In this document: positions 31,011 through 40,699 of the stretch, in pieces | Layout: every line of letters begins with the position of its first letter | Position numbering within the stretch: position 1 is the first letter of the stretch | Assembly (NCBI GenBank): GCA_965205265.1 | Contig: CBDBGH010000003.1 | Coordinates: 3,584,001-3,648,000 of the forward strand | Source: Alphaproteobacteria bacterium | Lineage (GTDB): Bacteria; Pseudomonadota; Alphaproteobacteria; Bin95 | Reading direction: 5' to 3' | DNA length: 64,000 nt | Notes under the pieces: generated by a model | What the model was told of the DNA's origin: nothing | What the model saw: the letters and a program-made list of their open reading frames with translations, nothing else | Database searches by the model: none | Position numbers and translations under genes: made by a program

Positions 31011-31505
31011 TCAGAGCGAGCGGATATAGTAGATCAGGTCGAGTTCCGGCGGTGCGAGCCCGGCCTGGCTCAGCATGTCGTGGACCTGGCCGCGGTGATG
31101 GGTTTCGTGGTTGAACAGGTGCGTGAACACCAGCCGCAGCGGCGTGCGGAACGGCGTTCCGGCGAGGTTGCTGTAGGCGAGGTCGCCCGCCAGCCGTTCC
31201 TCCGTGATCGCCGCGAGCACGCGGCCGATGCGGTCGTCCTCGGCATCCCTCGCGCGGCGCAGTTCGTCGAAATCGTCGAACAGCACGGTGTCGAGCGGGG
31301 TTCCGTCGTCGACCAGCCCCTCGATGCGCCCGAGCCAGATGCGGTCGCCGACCAGGATATGGTTGAGCGTGTTGTGGATCGAGCCGAAGAACGCGGCGCG
31401 GTCCCGTTTGCGCTCCGCGTCGCCGAGGCCCGCGCAGGCATCGTAGAGCCGGCCATTGGCCCAGCGGTTATAGGCGGCCATGGTCTTGAAGTGGTCGAGG
31501 AACAT
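31011..31505 (-). CDS. DinB family protein
   Basis: YNRWAN, FFGSIHNTLNHILVGDRIW, HLFNHETHHRGQ. Confidence 0.92.
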   Translation of the reverse strand: MFLDHFKTMAAYNRWANGRLYDACAGLGDAERKRDRAAFFGSIHNTLNHILVGDRIWLGRIEGLVDDGTPLDTVLFDDFDELRRARDAEDDRIGRVLAAITEERLAGDLAYSNLAGTPFRTPLRLVFTHLFNHETHHRGQVHDMLSQAGLAPPELDLIYYIRSL

Positions 31506-31533
31506 GGGGTTTCTCCGGTGTTCTCGGCAGGCG

Positions 31534-32484
31534 TCATGCTGCCAGCGCCAGATATTCGGTATTGCGCCGGTCGAACAGGAGGCGGACGGCTTCGCCGGCG
31601 CGGGCGAGCGGGACGCGGCGCACCGGGCCGGGCCTGAGCCTGCCGGCGCCGACCAGCTCGAACAGCTCCTCCGAGGCCGCCAGCAGCTCGCCCTCATCGG
31701 CGATCCAGGCCGCAAGCGTCGGCCGGGCGAGGATGAGCGAGCGCGCCTCCAGCCGTTCGGGCGGCAGCGGCCGCGGCGGCCCGGCGACATTGCCGTAGCC
31801 GACAGCCATGCCCATGGGCGCCAGGCAGTCGAGGCAGCGGGCGAAGGCCTCGCCGCCCAGCGAATCGTAGGCGACATCCACGCCCCGGCCCCCGGCGATC
31901 CCGCAGACCTCTGCGGCAAGGTCGCCCGGTCCGGCGACAACCGCATGGGCGCAGCCGTTAGCCCTTGCAATCCCGGCCTTCTCCCCGCTGCCGACCGCGC
32001 CGGCGACCTCCGCGCCGACGGCCGCCGCCCACTGGCAGAGCAGCCGCCCGACGCCGCCGGCCGCGCCCGTCGCCAGCACGGTCTCGCCCGGCTGCACGCG
32101 GCGCAGCCGGCGCAGCAGGTAGTGGACGGCGAGGCCCCGGCGGATGACGGCTGCGGCGGTCGCGTCGTCGATGTCGTCCGGAACCGGGACCAGCCGGCCC
32201 GCCGGGACATTGCGCAGCACGCGCCAGGCGCCCGGCAGATCGGCATAAGCCAGCCGGTCGCCCGGCCGGATGCCCTCGACGCCCGCGCCCACGGCCTCGG
32301 CCTCCCCCGCCGCCGCGACGCCGGGGACGAAGGCCGCGCTGCCCTCCGGCGGCTCGAGGCCGCAGCGGTCGAGGCCCATGGCGGTCTGCCGCAGCCGCAC
32401 CTCGCCGGGGCCGGGCGGCCCGACCGCTTCCTCCCCGACGACCGGTCCTGCGCAGCCGGGCCGGACGCGGACGACCGCCGTCAC
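31534..32484 (-). CDS. NADPH:quinone oxidoreductase-like protein (MDR family), divergent N-terminus
   Basis: GAAGGVG, GVDVAYDSLG, GYGNVAG; GTG start overlaps the upstream TGA. Confidence 0.75.
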   Translation of the reverse strand: MTAVVRVRPGCAGPVVGEEAVGPPGPGEVRLRQTAMGLDRCGLEPPEGSAAFVPGVAAAGEAEAVGAGVEGIRPGDRLAYADLPGAWRVLRNVPAGRLVPVPDDIDDATAAAVIRRGLAVHYLLRRLRRVQPGETVLATGAAGGVGRLLCQWAAAVGAEVAGAVGSGEKAGIARANGCAHAVVAGPGDLAAEVCGIAGGRGVDVAYDSLGGEAFARCLDCLAPMGMAVGYGNVAGPPRPLPPERLEARSLILARPTLAAWIADEGELLAASEELFELVGAGRLRPGPVRRVPLARAGEAVRLLFDRRNTEYLALAA

Positions 32485-33689
32485 GCGCTCTCGGGCCGCA
32501 TATGCTCCGGCACGGTCAGCCCGAACAGCCTGGCCGCGTTCAGGCCGAGGATCTTCGCCCGGTCGGCCTCGTCGAGCCCGCCCATGGTGCGCTCGATGGC
32601 TTCGCCCGAATGCGGCCATGTGCCTTCGTGGTGGGGATAGTCGTTCGCCCACATGAAATTGCCGGCAAGGCCCCAGTCCTTCGCAAGCGCCAGGCCCGCC
32701 GGGTCTTCCTGGAAGGTGGCGTAGCCATGCGCGCGGTAATAGTCCGACGGCAGCCCCTGGAGCTTCGGGCGCACCCACATATGGTGCTTGCGGTAGGCCT
32801 CGTCCATCGCGTCGAGCAGCCAGGGCACCCAGCCGATACCGGCCTCGATGGTGGCGAAGCGGATCTTCGGGAAGCGCTCCAGCACGCCCGAGGCGCAGAG
32901 GTTCGCCACCGGCTCGATGGTCGGCGAGAGCGAATGGGTCACATAGTTGATGACCGCCCCGCCATTGCCCCGCGAGGCGCGCGGGTCGCGCCCGGTGCTG
33001 ACATGGAAGGTGACCGGCATGCCGACCTCCTCGACCAGCGCCCAGAGCGGGTCGAAATGCGGCAGGTTGTAGTTGACGTGATCGACATCGTGCCCGCCCC
33101 AGATGGGCTTGCAGGGCAGGGTGAGCGCCTTGTAGCCGAGCGCCGCGCAGCGCTCGATTTCGGCGAGCGTGCCGTCGAGATCGCCGGTCGCGACCGCGGC
33201 CACGGGCACCATCTTCTCCGGCCAGGCGCCGAACTGCTCCCAGGCCCAGTCGTTCCACACCCGGCACTGGGCGTTGGCGAACACCGGGTCCGGCGTCGCC
33301 CACATGGCGAGGCCCTTGTTCGGGAAGATGATTTCGGCGTCGATCCCGTCCTGCTCATTGTCGCGGATGCGCCCCTCGGGGTCGGCGCCCGCCTGCGAGC
33401 GCACCCAGTCCTCGCCCTCGAAGCTCATGATCCGGATGCGGTCCGGCCGGTAGCCCTCGCAATAGCGCCACTGCACGCCGTTCTCGTCCGTGACGACGCG
33501 GGGCGCGCGTTCGCGGTATTTCTGCGGCAGGCGCGTGGCCCAGAGGTCCGGCGGCTCGTTGGCATGGCTGTCGGTCGAGACCATGTAGTATTTCTTCGGG
33601 TCGCCGGCGCGCGCGGTGCGCGTCCAGCCTTCGTGTCCCGGCGTTTCCAGCCGCCAGAGGTTCTCGGCATTGATGGCGATATCGTTCAT
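32481..33689 (-). CDS. Amidohydrolase_2 family protein
   Basis: STDSHANEP, FHV, IEAGIGW, WANDYPHHEGTW. Confidence 0.9.
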   Translation of the reverse strand: MNDIAINAENLWRLETPGHEGWTRTARAGDPKKYYMVSTDSHANEPPDLWATRLPQKYRERAPRVVTDENGVQWRYCEGYRPDRIRIMSFEGEDWVRSQAGADPEGRIRDNEQDGIDAEIIFPNKGLAMWATPDPVFANAQCRVWNDWAWEQFGAWPEKMVPVAAVATGDLDGTLAEIERCAALGYKALTLPCKPIWGGHDVDHVNYNLPHFDPLWALVEEVGMPVTFHVSTGRDPRASRGNGGAVINYVTHSLSPTIEPVANLCASGVLERFPKIRFATIEAGIGWVPWLLDAMDEAYRKHHMWVRPKLQGLPSDYYRAHGYATFQEDPAGLALAKDWGLAGNFMWANDYPHHEGTWPHSGEAIERTMGGLDEADRAKILGLNAARLFGLTVPEHMRPESA

Positions 33690-33788
33690 GGGGTCCCGGA
33701 TACTCCCTCGGATGGTCGTTCGCACCGGACGCTACCCGCTCGGCCGGGCGCCGTCCATACCGGCCCCGCCCCGGCAAGGAGCAAGCCG

Positions 33789-34823
33789 TTGACCGGGCGG
33801 GAAAAACCCTGGTGGCGGCCGGAGGCCTACGCCGCCCGCCGCCCGGCCCTGCTCCAGCGCGCGGCGCTGCTCAGGCGCATGCGGGACTGGTTTGACGGGC
33901 AGGGCTTCGTCGAGGTCGAGACCCCGGCGCTCCAGGTCGCGGCCGGCATGGAGGTGCATGTCGCGCCCTTCGAGACGGCGTTGCACGAGCCGGACGGGCG
34001 GTCCCGCGCGCTCCGCCTGCACTCTTCGCCCGAATTCGCGATGAAGAAGCTGCTGGCGGCCGGCGAGCCGCGCCTCTTCCAGTTCGCGCGCGTCTTCCGC
34101 AATGGCGAGCGCTCGGCGACGCACCATCCCGAATTCACCCTGTTGGAATGGTATCGCGCGGGCGCCGGCTGGCGTGACCTCATCCCCGACTGCGAGGCGC
34201 TGCTGGCGCTGGCGGGGCCGGAGCTCCGGTGGAACGGCCGGCGCGTGCCGACCTCTCCGCCCTTCGAGCGCCTGTCCGTGGCGGCGGCCTTCCAGCAGCG
34301 CCTCGGCCTCGACATGCTGGCGGCGGACACCGCGAGGCTCGCCGCCGCCTGCCGGGCGGAGGGGCTGGAGCCGGGCGGAGCGGACAGCTGGGAAGACCTG
34401 TTCTTCCGCCTGTTCCTCAACCGCATAGAGCCGCATCTGGGCTTCGCGCGTCCGACCGTGCTGCACGGATGGCCGGCGCGCATGGCCGCACTCGCCCGCC
34501 TCGACCCGGACGACCCGCGCGTGGCGGAGCGCTTCGAGATCTATGTCGGCGGGCTGGAGCTCGCCAACGCCTTCGGGGAGCTGACCGACGCCGCCGAGCA
34601 GCGCCGGCGCTTCGAGGCCGCGGCAAGGCAGCGCCGGGCGCTCCATGGCGACGACCTGCCCCTCGACGAGGACTTCCTTTCCGCGCTCGAACACGGCATG
34701 CCCTCCTCGGCCGGGATCGCGCTCGGCTTCGACCGGCTGGCGATGCTGGCAACGGGCGCGGATAATATCGAGGACGTGCTCTGGGCGCCCGTGGCGGGCG
34801 CGGCGCACGACGAGGAAGGATAA
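33789..34823 (+). CDS. epmA: EF-P lysine aminoacylase EpmA (GenX/PoxA)
   Basis: FVEVETP, LHSSPEFAMKKLLAAG, FRNGE..HHPEFT.LEWY, ELANAF.EL, GIALGFDRL; TTG start after AAGGAG. Confidence 0.93.
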   Translation: MTGREKPWWRPEAYAARRPALLQRAALLRRMRDWFDGQGFVEVETPALQVAAGMEVHVAPFETALHEPDGRSRALRLHSSPEFAMKKLLAAGEPRLFQFARVFRNGERSATHHPEFTLLEWYRAGAGWRDLIPDCEALLALAGPELRWNGRRVPTSPPFERLSVAAAFQQRLGLDMLAADTARLAAACRAEGLEPGGADSWEDLFFRLFLNRIEPHLGFARPTVLHGWPARMAALARLDPDDPRVAERFEIYVGGLELANAFGELTDAAEQRRRFEAAARQRRALHGDDLPLDEDFLSALEHGMPSSAGIALGFDRLAMLATGADNIEDVLWAPVAGAAHDEEG

Positions 34824-34835
34824 GGAGAGGGACGG

Positions 34836-35228
34836 ATGAGCGAAGCGGGCCGGTTTTTCTGGAACGAGCTGATGACGCCGGACATTGAGGGAGCCAAGGC
34901 GTTCTATGGCAGGCTTTTCGGCTGGGAGGGTCAGACCGCGCCGATGCCGGGGCCGGACGGCGCGGACTATACCGGCTTCATGCTGGGCGGCACGCCCGCC
35001 GGCGGCGCGCTCGCGCCCCCGGAGCCCGGCATTCCGCCGCACTGGATGCCCTATGTCCGGGTGGAGGATGCCGATGCGGCCGAGGCGGCGGCGGTCGAGG
35101 CCGGCGGCCAGGTGTGCCGGTCGGCCTTCGACGTGCCGCAGGTCGGGCGGATCGCCGTGCTGCAGGACCCGGCGGGCGCCGTCTTCGCCGTCATCGCGCC
35201 AGCGCCGGAGCTTCTCGCCGGCGGGTAG
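34836..35228 (+). CDS. VOC/glyoxalase family protein
   Basis: WNELMT, FYGRLFGW, W.PYVRV.D.D, DPAGAVF. Confidence 0.9.
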   Translation: MSEAGRFFWNELMTPDIEGAKAFYGRLFGWEGQTAPMPGPDGADYTGFMLGGTPAGGALAPPEPGIPPHWMPYVRVEDADAAEAAAVEAGGQVCRSAFDVPQVGRIAVLQDPAGAVFAVIAPAPELLAGG

Positions 35229-35402
35229 GGCGAGTCCCTCCGGACCGGCCGCGCCGGTCTCCACGCCTCCAATTCGTCTTGCCGGACGGCGAGCCGGGGC
35301 GGCGAATGAGGACGGGCAGGCCCGGGCCGCCGGAAATGCGCGGACCCGGCAGCCCTGCCGGCCCGGACCGCGGGAAGCCCCCTCCCAGGATATGTCATGG
35401 GA

Positions 35403-35636
35403 GGAGATTACAAAGATAGGTTGACGGGGGAGACCGACGACATTTCTTCCGTTATACCTCAACGCTCCCTCCGTCATACCCGGACTTGTTCCGGGTATCT
35501 CTCTCCACCGCTGCCGCCGGACGGCCGCATGGATACCCGGAACAAGTCCGGGTATGACGACATGGGGGCGGGTTGGACGTCGGAGAGAAGGTGCGAAGCC
35601 TCCCAAACCTGTTGTCAACCTATCCATATAAGCCCC
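35403..35636. mobile_element. 234-bp MITE, probably IS1595/IS1016-derived, carrying a REP doublet
   Basis: TIRs GGAGATTACAAAGATAGGTTGAC / GGGGCTTATATGGATAGGTTGAC (18/23); perfect 8-bp TSD TCATGGGA at 35395-35402 and 35637-35644. Confidence 0.8.
35471..35559. repeat. REP doublet
   Basis: CCGTCATACCCGGACTTGTTCCGGGTATC plus inverted copy. Confidence 0.85.
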
Positions 35637-35646
35637 TCATGGGATG

Positions 35647-35694
35647 TCATGATCCGCATGCGGGCGGCGCATATCCCATGGTCGCTTCCGGCAT
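35647..35694 (-). CDS. Putative micropeptide MPEATMGYAPPACGS
   Basis: Paralog of 28013-28060. Confidence 0.3.
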   Translation of the reverse strand: MPEATMGYAPPACGS

Positions 35695-35853
35695 GAAGCC
35701 GCCGGCTTCGCCCCGACGCTCCGGACATGCCGTCCGGTTTCCCGCCCTCCTGTTTTCGGCACGAGGCTTTCCTCCCGTTCCGTCCTGGTTCCGTGCTTTC
35801 CGCCCCCGGTGGGCCCGGCCAGCAGGGAGTCCCCCAGGACATGTCATGGGATG

Positions 35854-35901
35854 TCATGATCGGCATGTGGGTGGCGCATACCCTGTGGCTGTTTCAGGCA
35901 T
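35854..35901 (-). CDS. Putative micropeptide MPETATGYAPPTCRS (may start at upstream ATG 35970 with GAGGAG RBS, 38 aa)
   Basis: Paralog of 28013-28060. Confidence 0.3.
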   Translation of the reverse strand: MPETATGYAPPTCRS

Positions 35902-36073
35902 GCAGCCGCCGGTTTTGCGCCGATGCTCCCGGTATTCCATCCGGTTTTTCCACCTTCCTGTTTTCGGCATGAAACGCTCCTCTCGATTCGCCTTCGCTCC
36001 GTTCTCCCCGCCGCGCCGAACGCGGCGAACGTTACGAATGGCGGCGTTGGCGCCGCCGCCGCGCCGAACGCGG

Positions 36074-36275
36074 CGGGACCCTGATTCGCGCGTATCCTGC
36101 GCGCCCGCGCCTGCGCCCGTCCGCGCGCGTTTCGCGGCGGCGCGAATCGCGCGCCTGATTGCGCGCGCGAGACGCAGGACGCACGTCTCCCGTCGGCTTC
36201 TCACGGGTTTTCAGAAAGTGGCGCCGCCCGGTCGCGCAACGCCAAGGGAAGCGGCTCCGGATGCCTCTTCCCTCA
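36074..36275 (-). ncRNA. Putative structured non-coding RNA, copy 2
   Basis: Same hairpin series as 27631-27830. Confidence 0.45.
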
Positions 36276-36281
36276 GGGGCT

Positions 36282-36308
36282 ATTGTAGCACACTCCGCCA
36301 GATGTCAA
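36282..36308 (-). promoter_or_regulatory. Sigma70-like promoter with extended -10
   Basis: TTGACA-15 bp-TACAAT with TGn. Confidence 0.55.
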
Positions 36309-36502
36309 GCCCCGAAGGCGAACAAAACAGAAATTACCGGGAATATTTCATATCTGCGGGATCGGAAAGCGTGTTGGCCGAGGCTTTCGCGGCAGGGCAA
36401 TCGCTTTCGGATTTGTCATGCCCGAACGCCCCCTTCGACAGACTCAGGGTAGGCCCCTCCGTCATGTCCGAACGGCCCCCTCCGTCATACCCGGACTTGT
36501 TC

Positions 36503-36863
36503 CATTGCTGTCCGGTTCAGCCATTGGGTGAGGCTGAACGGGAGTCCGCGAGGGGTTTCGGGGGCGCGCGGCGTCTGCGATCCGCCCCTTGCCCGTGAGG
36601 CCCCAACGCCCTCCTTCGACAAGCTCAAGACAGGCTTCTCCGTCATACCCGGACTTGTTCCGGGTATCCACACGGCCGCCCGGCTGAGCTGCTTGAGAGA
36701 GATACCCGGAACAAGTCCGGGTATGACGATATGGGGCGGGCATGACGACTTGGGAGCCGGGCCGCCGGGCATCGATCCGGGTCCCGATCCCGCCGAACCC
36801 CTCGAAACCCGGTTGAATTCGAGCCATACGTCCTGTCCACAAAATCTAAACCGGACAGCAATG
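36503..36863. mobile_element. 361-bp MITE (CAT-ended TIRs) inside REP half-sites, containing a REP doublet (36640-36728)
   Basis: CATTGCTGTCCGGTT ... AACCGGACAGCAATG, flanked by CCGTCATACCCGGACTTGTTC / GAACAAGTCCGGGCATGACGG. Confidence 0.75.
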
Positions 36864-36941
36864 GAACAAGTCCGGGCATGACGGGAAAAGGGATGGGAAA
36901 GAGGCGGGGACACCGGGCCCCGGTCCGCCCCATGCGCCTTC

Positions 36942-37931
36942 TCAGAAGAATTGTTCCAGAACCCGGTCCGGCGGACGGTGGCCGTCCGTGAAGGCCTTGA
37001 TGTTGACGATCACCCGCTCGCCCATTTCCAGCCGGCCTTCCAGCGTGGCCGAGCCCATATGCGGCAGCAGCACCACATTGTCGAGCTCGCGCAGCCTCGG
37101 GTCGATGGCCGGCTCGCGCTCGAAGACGTCGAGCGCCGCGCCGGCGAGCCGGCCGGCGAGCAGGGCTTCCAGAAGCGCCGGCTCGTCGATCACCTCGCCG
37201 CGCGAGGTGTTGACGATATAGGCATGCGGCTTCATCAGCGCGAGGCGCCGGCGCGACAGCAGGTGGTAGGTCGCCGGGGTGTGCGGGCAGTTGATCGACA
37301 CGATGTCCATGCGCGCCAGCATCTGGTCGAGGCTCTCCCAGTAGGTCGCCTCCAGCTCGGCCTCGATGTCGGGGTCCGTGCGCCGGCGGTTGTGGTAGTG
37401 GATCGAAATGCCGAAGCCGCGCGCGCGCCGCGCCACCGCCGCCCCGATCCGGCCCATGCCGACAATGCCGAGCCGCTTGCCGTAAATCCGGTGGCCGAGC
37501 AGCGCCGTCGGCGCCCAGCCGAGCCATCCGCCGGTCCGCACCAGGCGCTCGCCCTCGATGAGCCGGCGCGAGACCGAGAGGATCAGCGCCATGGTCATGT
37601 CGGCCGTGTCGCCCGTCAGCACGCCCGGCGTGTTGGTGACCATGATGCCCCGCTCATGCGCGGCCGCGAGGTCGATATGGTCCACGCCCGCGCCGAAGCT
37701 CGCCAGCAGCTTGAGGCCGGGGCCGGCGGCCTCTAGGCACTCCGCGTCGATGCGGTCGGTCACGGTCGGCACCAGCACGTCCGCCCGGCCCATGGCCTCG
37801 AGCAGTTCGGCGCGGTCCCATTGCCGGTCGCTGTCGTTCAGCTCGGTGCGGAACAGCTCCATCATGCGCGTCTCCACCGCGTCCGGGAGCTTCCGCGTGA
37901 CGATGACGAGCGGTTTGGGCGCGGTGGGCAT
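36942..37931 (-). CDS. D-glycerate/glyoxylate reductase (2-hydroxyacid dehydrogenase)
   Basis: FGAGVDHID, GIVGMGRIG, NTSRG, LDVFE.EP, PHMGS. Confidence 0.93.
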   Translation of the reverse strand: MPTAPKPLVIVTRKLPDAVETRMMELFRTELNDSDRQWDRAELLEAMGRADVLVPTVTDRIDAECLEAAGPGLKLLASFGAGVDHIDLAAAHERGIMVTNTPGVLTGDTADMTMALILSVSRRLIEGERLVRTGGWLGWAPTALLGHRIYGKRLGIVGMGRIGAAVARRARGFGISIHYHNRRRTDPDIEAELEATYWESLDQMLARMDIVSINCPHTPATYHLLSRRRLALMKPHAYIVNTSRGEVIDEPALLEALLAGRLAGAALDVFEREPAIDPRLRELDNVVLLPHMGSATLEGRLEMGERVIVNIKAFTDGHRPPDRVLEQFF

Positions 37932-38167
37932 GGACCCGGCGCCTACGGCCCGGCCGCGCAGGACGGCCGGCCGCCGCAGCCGGCGATGGGGGAGACAGGA
38001 ACGGTTCCGTCCATGCCGAAACGCTCTAGCAAGCCCCGCGAACGGAGTCCACCGCGCGGGCGCTCGCGGAGACCCCGTTCCGGCAGAAGTTCCTTCCGGT
38101 CCGGGTCCGAAACCGCTGCCCCGGATTTCTGCTCCGTCGTAAGCGATGCGGGCGGGTCACCCGGATT

Positions 38168-39811
38168 TCAGCTTGACGACGGCTTGAAGTTCCACGGGAG
38201 CAGGTCGTCGATGCGGTCGTTGGGATGGCCGACCGCGATGGCTTCGAGGGTGGCCTTGAGCCAGGCGTAGGGCTCGACCCCGTTCAACCTGGCGGTCTGG
38301 GTGAGTGAAGCGATCCGGCCCCAGGCGACTGCGCCTTCGTCGTGACCCGCGAAGAGCGCGTTTTTCCTTGTAAGGGCAATCGGCCGGGCGAGGTTCTCGA
38401 CGGCATTGCTGTCCATCTCGACGCGGCCGTCGGCGAGGAACAGCCGGAGGCCGTCCCAGTGACGGGCGATATAGGCGAGCTTCTCGCCGAGGCGGGACTT
38501 GGGCGAGATGCGGGCGCGCTGCTGCTTCAGCCAGTCGCCGAAGGCCTCGACCAGGGGCGCGGAGCGCGCGTGTCGTTCTGCGAGACGTTGCTCGGGCGGG
38601 CTGCCGCGGATGTCGGCCTCGATGGCGTAGAGCTCGGCGATCCGGCGCAGGCCCTCTGCCGCGATCTCGGAGCCGCTGCTGTCGTAGATCTCGCGGAGCC
38701 GGCGCCTCGCGTGGGACCAGCAGTAAGCCAGCCGTATCGGCGCGCCGCCCTTGCGGCTCGGTCCAGTCAGCCGGTTGTAGCCGGCATAGCCATCCACCTG
38801 GAGGATACCATCGAAGCCGTCGAGGAAGCGCTCGGCATATTCACCGCCGCGCCCGGGCGCATAGAAGTACACAACGCCCGGCGGGTCGGGTCCGCTCCAG
38901 GCACGGTCGTCGCGGGCCAGCGCCCACAGCCAGCCGGTCTTGGTCCTGCCGCGGCCCGGATCGAGCACCGGCGCCCGCGTCTCGTCCATGAACAGCTTCG
39001 AAGAGCGCTTGAGATGCTCCGCCAGCCGGTCGGCCACCGGTTTCAGATGGAATGACGCCCTGCCGACCCAGCCGGCCAGCGTCGAGCGGTCCAGATCGAG
39101 GCCGGAACGGGCATAGACCTGCGCCTGCCGGTGCAACGGGCAATGGTCCAGGTATTTGGAGACGAGCACATGGGCGATCGCGCCTTCGGTCGGCAACCCG
39201 CCCTCGATCAGCCGGGCCGGCGCCGGCGCCTGGGTGACGCCCTGTTCGCAGGCCCGGCAGGCGTATTTCGGCCGCACCGTGACGATCACCCGAAGCTGCG
39301 CCGGCACGATGTCCAGGCGCTCCGTGCGATCCTCGCCAATCTTCACCATCTCCCCGCAGCCGCAGGGGCAGAGCGTGCTCTCCGGCTCGACCACCTGCTC
39401 GATCCGCTCCAGATGCTCCGGCAAGTGGCCGATATTGCGCGCCGGGCGAGGACGCTTCGGCGATTGGGCCGGCGTCGGATCTTCCGGCGCGGCCGCTGCT
39501 TCGATCTCCGCCGCCGCGCCCTCAAGGTCCTCGAACGCCAGCTGGCGCTCGTCCGCCGACAGCTTCTCCGACCTCTTGCCATACAGAAGGCGGATCAGTT
39601 CGAGGTTCAGATGTTCGAGACGGCGGATGCGCTCCGCCTGAGCCCCGTTGCGGTCCGTCAGAACTTCGTTCTCGCCCGCGAGACAGGCCTTCTCTTCCGC
39701 CAGCGTCTCGTTCTCGGCGCGAAGCACCTCCAGCGCCGCGATTGCCTGCACCGCCGCTTCCCGCTGTTCGGGCGTCAGCGTTCCGAGGTCGATCTCCGCA
39801 AGGGCCGGCAT
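38168..39811 (-). CDS. tnpC: IS66 transposase TnpC
   Basis: GKRSEK, CPCGC zinc finger, MDET, QVDGYAGY, CWSHARR, DSNAVE, DLLPWN. Confidence 0.95.
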   Translation of the reverse strand: MPALAEIDLGTLTPEQREAAVQAIAALEVLRAENETLAEEKACLAGENEVLTDRNGAQAERIRRLEHLNLELIRLLYGKRSEKLSADERQLAFEDLEGAAAEIEAAAAPEDPTPAQSPKRPRPARNIGHLPEHLERIEQVVEPESTLCPCGCGEMVKIGEDRTERLDIVPAQLRVIVTVRPKYACRACEQGVTQAPAPARLIEGGLPTEGAIAHVLVSKYLDHCPLHRQAQVYARSGLDLDRSTLAGWVGRASFHLKPVADRLAEHLKRSSKLFMDETRAPVLDPGRGRTKTGWLWALARDDRAWSGPDPPGVVYFYAPGRGGEYAERFLDGFDGILQVDGYAGYNRLTGPSRKGGAPIRLAYCWSHARRRLREIYDSSGSEIAAEGLRRIAELYAIEADIRGSPPEQRLAERHARSAPLVEAFGDWLKQQRARISPKSRLGEKLAYIARHWDGLRLFLADGRVEMDSNAVENLARPIALTRKNALFAGHDEGAVAWGRIASLTQTARLNGVEPYAWLKATLEAIAVGHPNDRIDDLLPWNFKPSSS

Positions 39812-39866
39812 GGCCAGTCTGGTAGCACAGTGTCGGGACGCGGCACGCCCCGATCCGCCCAGTGAG

Positions 39867-40220
39867 TCATTCGGCCTCAGCCGGGCGCCGTGCCGACAGC
39901 GCTCGCACACGGCGCCAGTCCAGCCCGGAGAACAGCGCCTCGAACTGCGCATGGCTCAGCGACATCACCCCGTCGCGGATCGCCGGCCAGACAAAGCCCT
40001 GGTCCTCCAGACGCTTGTAGACCATCACCAGGCCGGTCCCGTCCCAGTAGATCAGCTTCAGCCTGTCAGCTCGTTTCGTACGGAACGCGAAGACCGTTCC
40101 CGTGAACGGGTCCTTGCGCAATACGCTCTTCACATGCGCAACAAGGCCGTCGTGCTGCTTCCTGAAGTCCACGGGCTTCGTCGCAACCACGATCCGGACC
40201 CGGTTCGATGGGAAGATCAT
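39867..40220 (-). CDS. tnpB: IS66 accessory protein TnpB
   Basis: PVDFRK, DRLKLIYWDGTG, KRLE..F.WP. Confidence 0.95.
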   Translation of the reverse strand: MIFPSNRVRIVVATKPVDFRKQHDGLVAHVKSVLRKDPFTGTVFAFRTKRADRLKLIYWDGTGLVMVYKRLEDQGFVWPAIRDGVMSLSHAQFEALFSGLDWRRVRALSARRPAEAE

Positions 40221-40615
40221 ACCGATGCGTTCAACGCCGACACGATCTCGGCGATCCGGCAAGCCGGTGTCGCGGCGTCCAGACGGAGCGTCACCCGGTC
40301 CTGGATCACTTCCAGGCGGTCGCTGCCCGCAGCGGGAACCCGGCGCTCATCCTGACGCAAGACCACCGGAGCAAAACCCATCTCGCCCTCCGCAGGCAAC
40401 ACCAGAAGGCCCTTCCGTGCCTGGCGGCGCCATTCCGACAGCTGGTTCGAGTTGATCTCGTAGCGACGCGCTACCCCGGCGACCGTCGCGCCTTCCTCCA
40501 GTGTCTCGGCAACAATCCGCGCTTTCACCGAAGCCGGCCAGCGACGGCGAAAGCCGCCACGCGCCGGCAACACTTCAACCCTGGCGTTGGTGAGAAGCTC
40601 TGCTGAGGGCTCCAA
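40217..40615 (-). CDS. tnpA: IS66 accessory HTH protein TnpA
   Basis: RRRW...KARIVAET, VARRYEI..NQL..WR. Confidence 0.9.
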   Translation of the reverse strand: MEPSAELLTNARVEVLPARGGFRRRWPASVKARIVAETLEEGATVAGVARRYEINSNQLSEWRRQARKGLLVLPAEGEMGFAPVVLRQDERRVPAAGSDRLEVIQDRVTLRLDAATPACRIAEIVSALNASV

Positions 40616-40699
40616 TGAGAAATTCCCTTCGTCTCATTCCGAACCCTAACTCCCACATCACCAGGCCTGTATGAAGGTGGGGCGCTCGCACCGCATACG

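Larger units (their letters stand above)
36074..36420 (-). repeat. Repeated promoter plus structured-leader module, copy 2
   Basis: Reverse-complement homolog of 27486-27830. Confidence 0.85.
38139..40698 (-). mobile_element. IS66-family insertion sequence, complete (2560 bp)
   Basis: TIRs GTAAGCGATGCGGGCGGGTCACC / GTATGCGGTGCGAGCGCCCCACC; tnpA-tnpB-tnpC; no matching 8-bp TSD. Confidence 0.93.

Noticed and set aside
31534-32484. Quinone oxidoreductase as a pseudogene
   Set aside because: The N-terminal motifs are divergent, but the frame is intact, full length and translationally coupled to the upstream gene.
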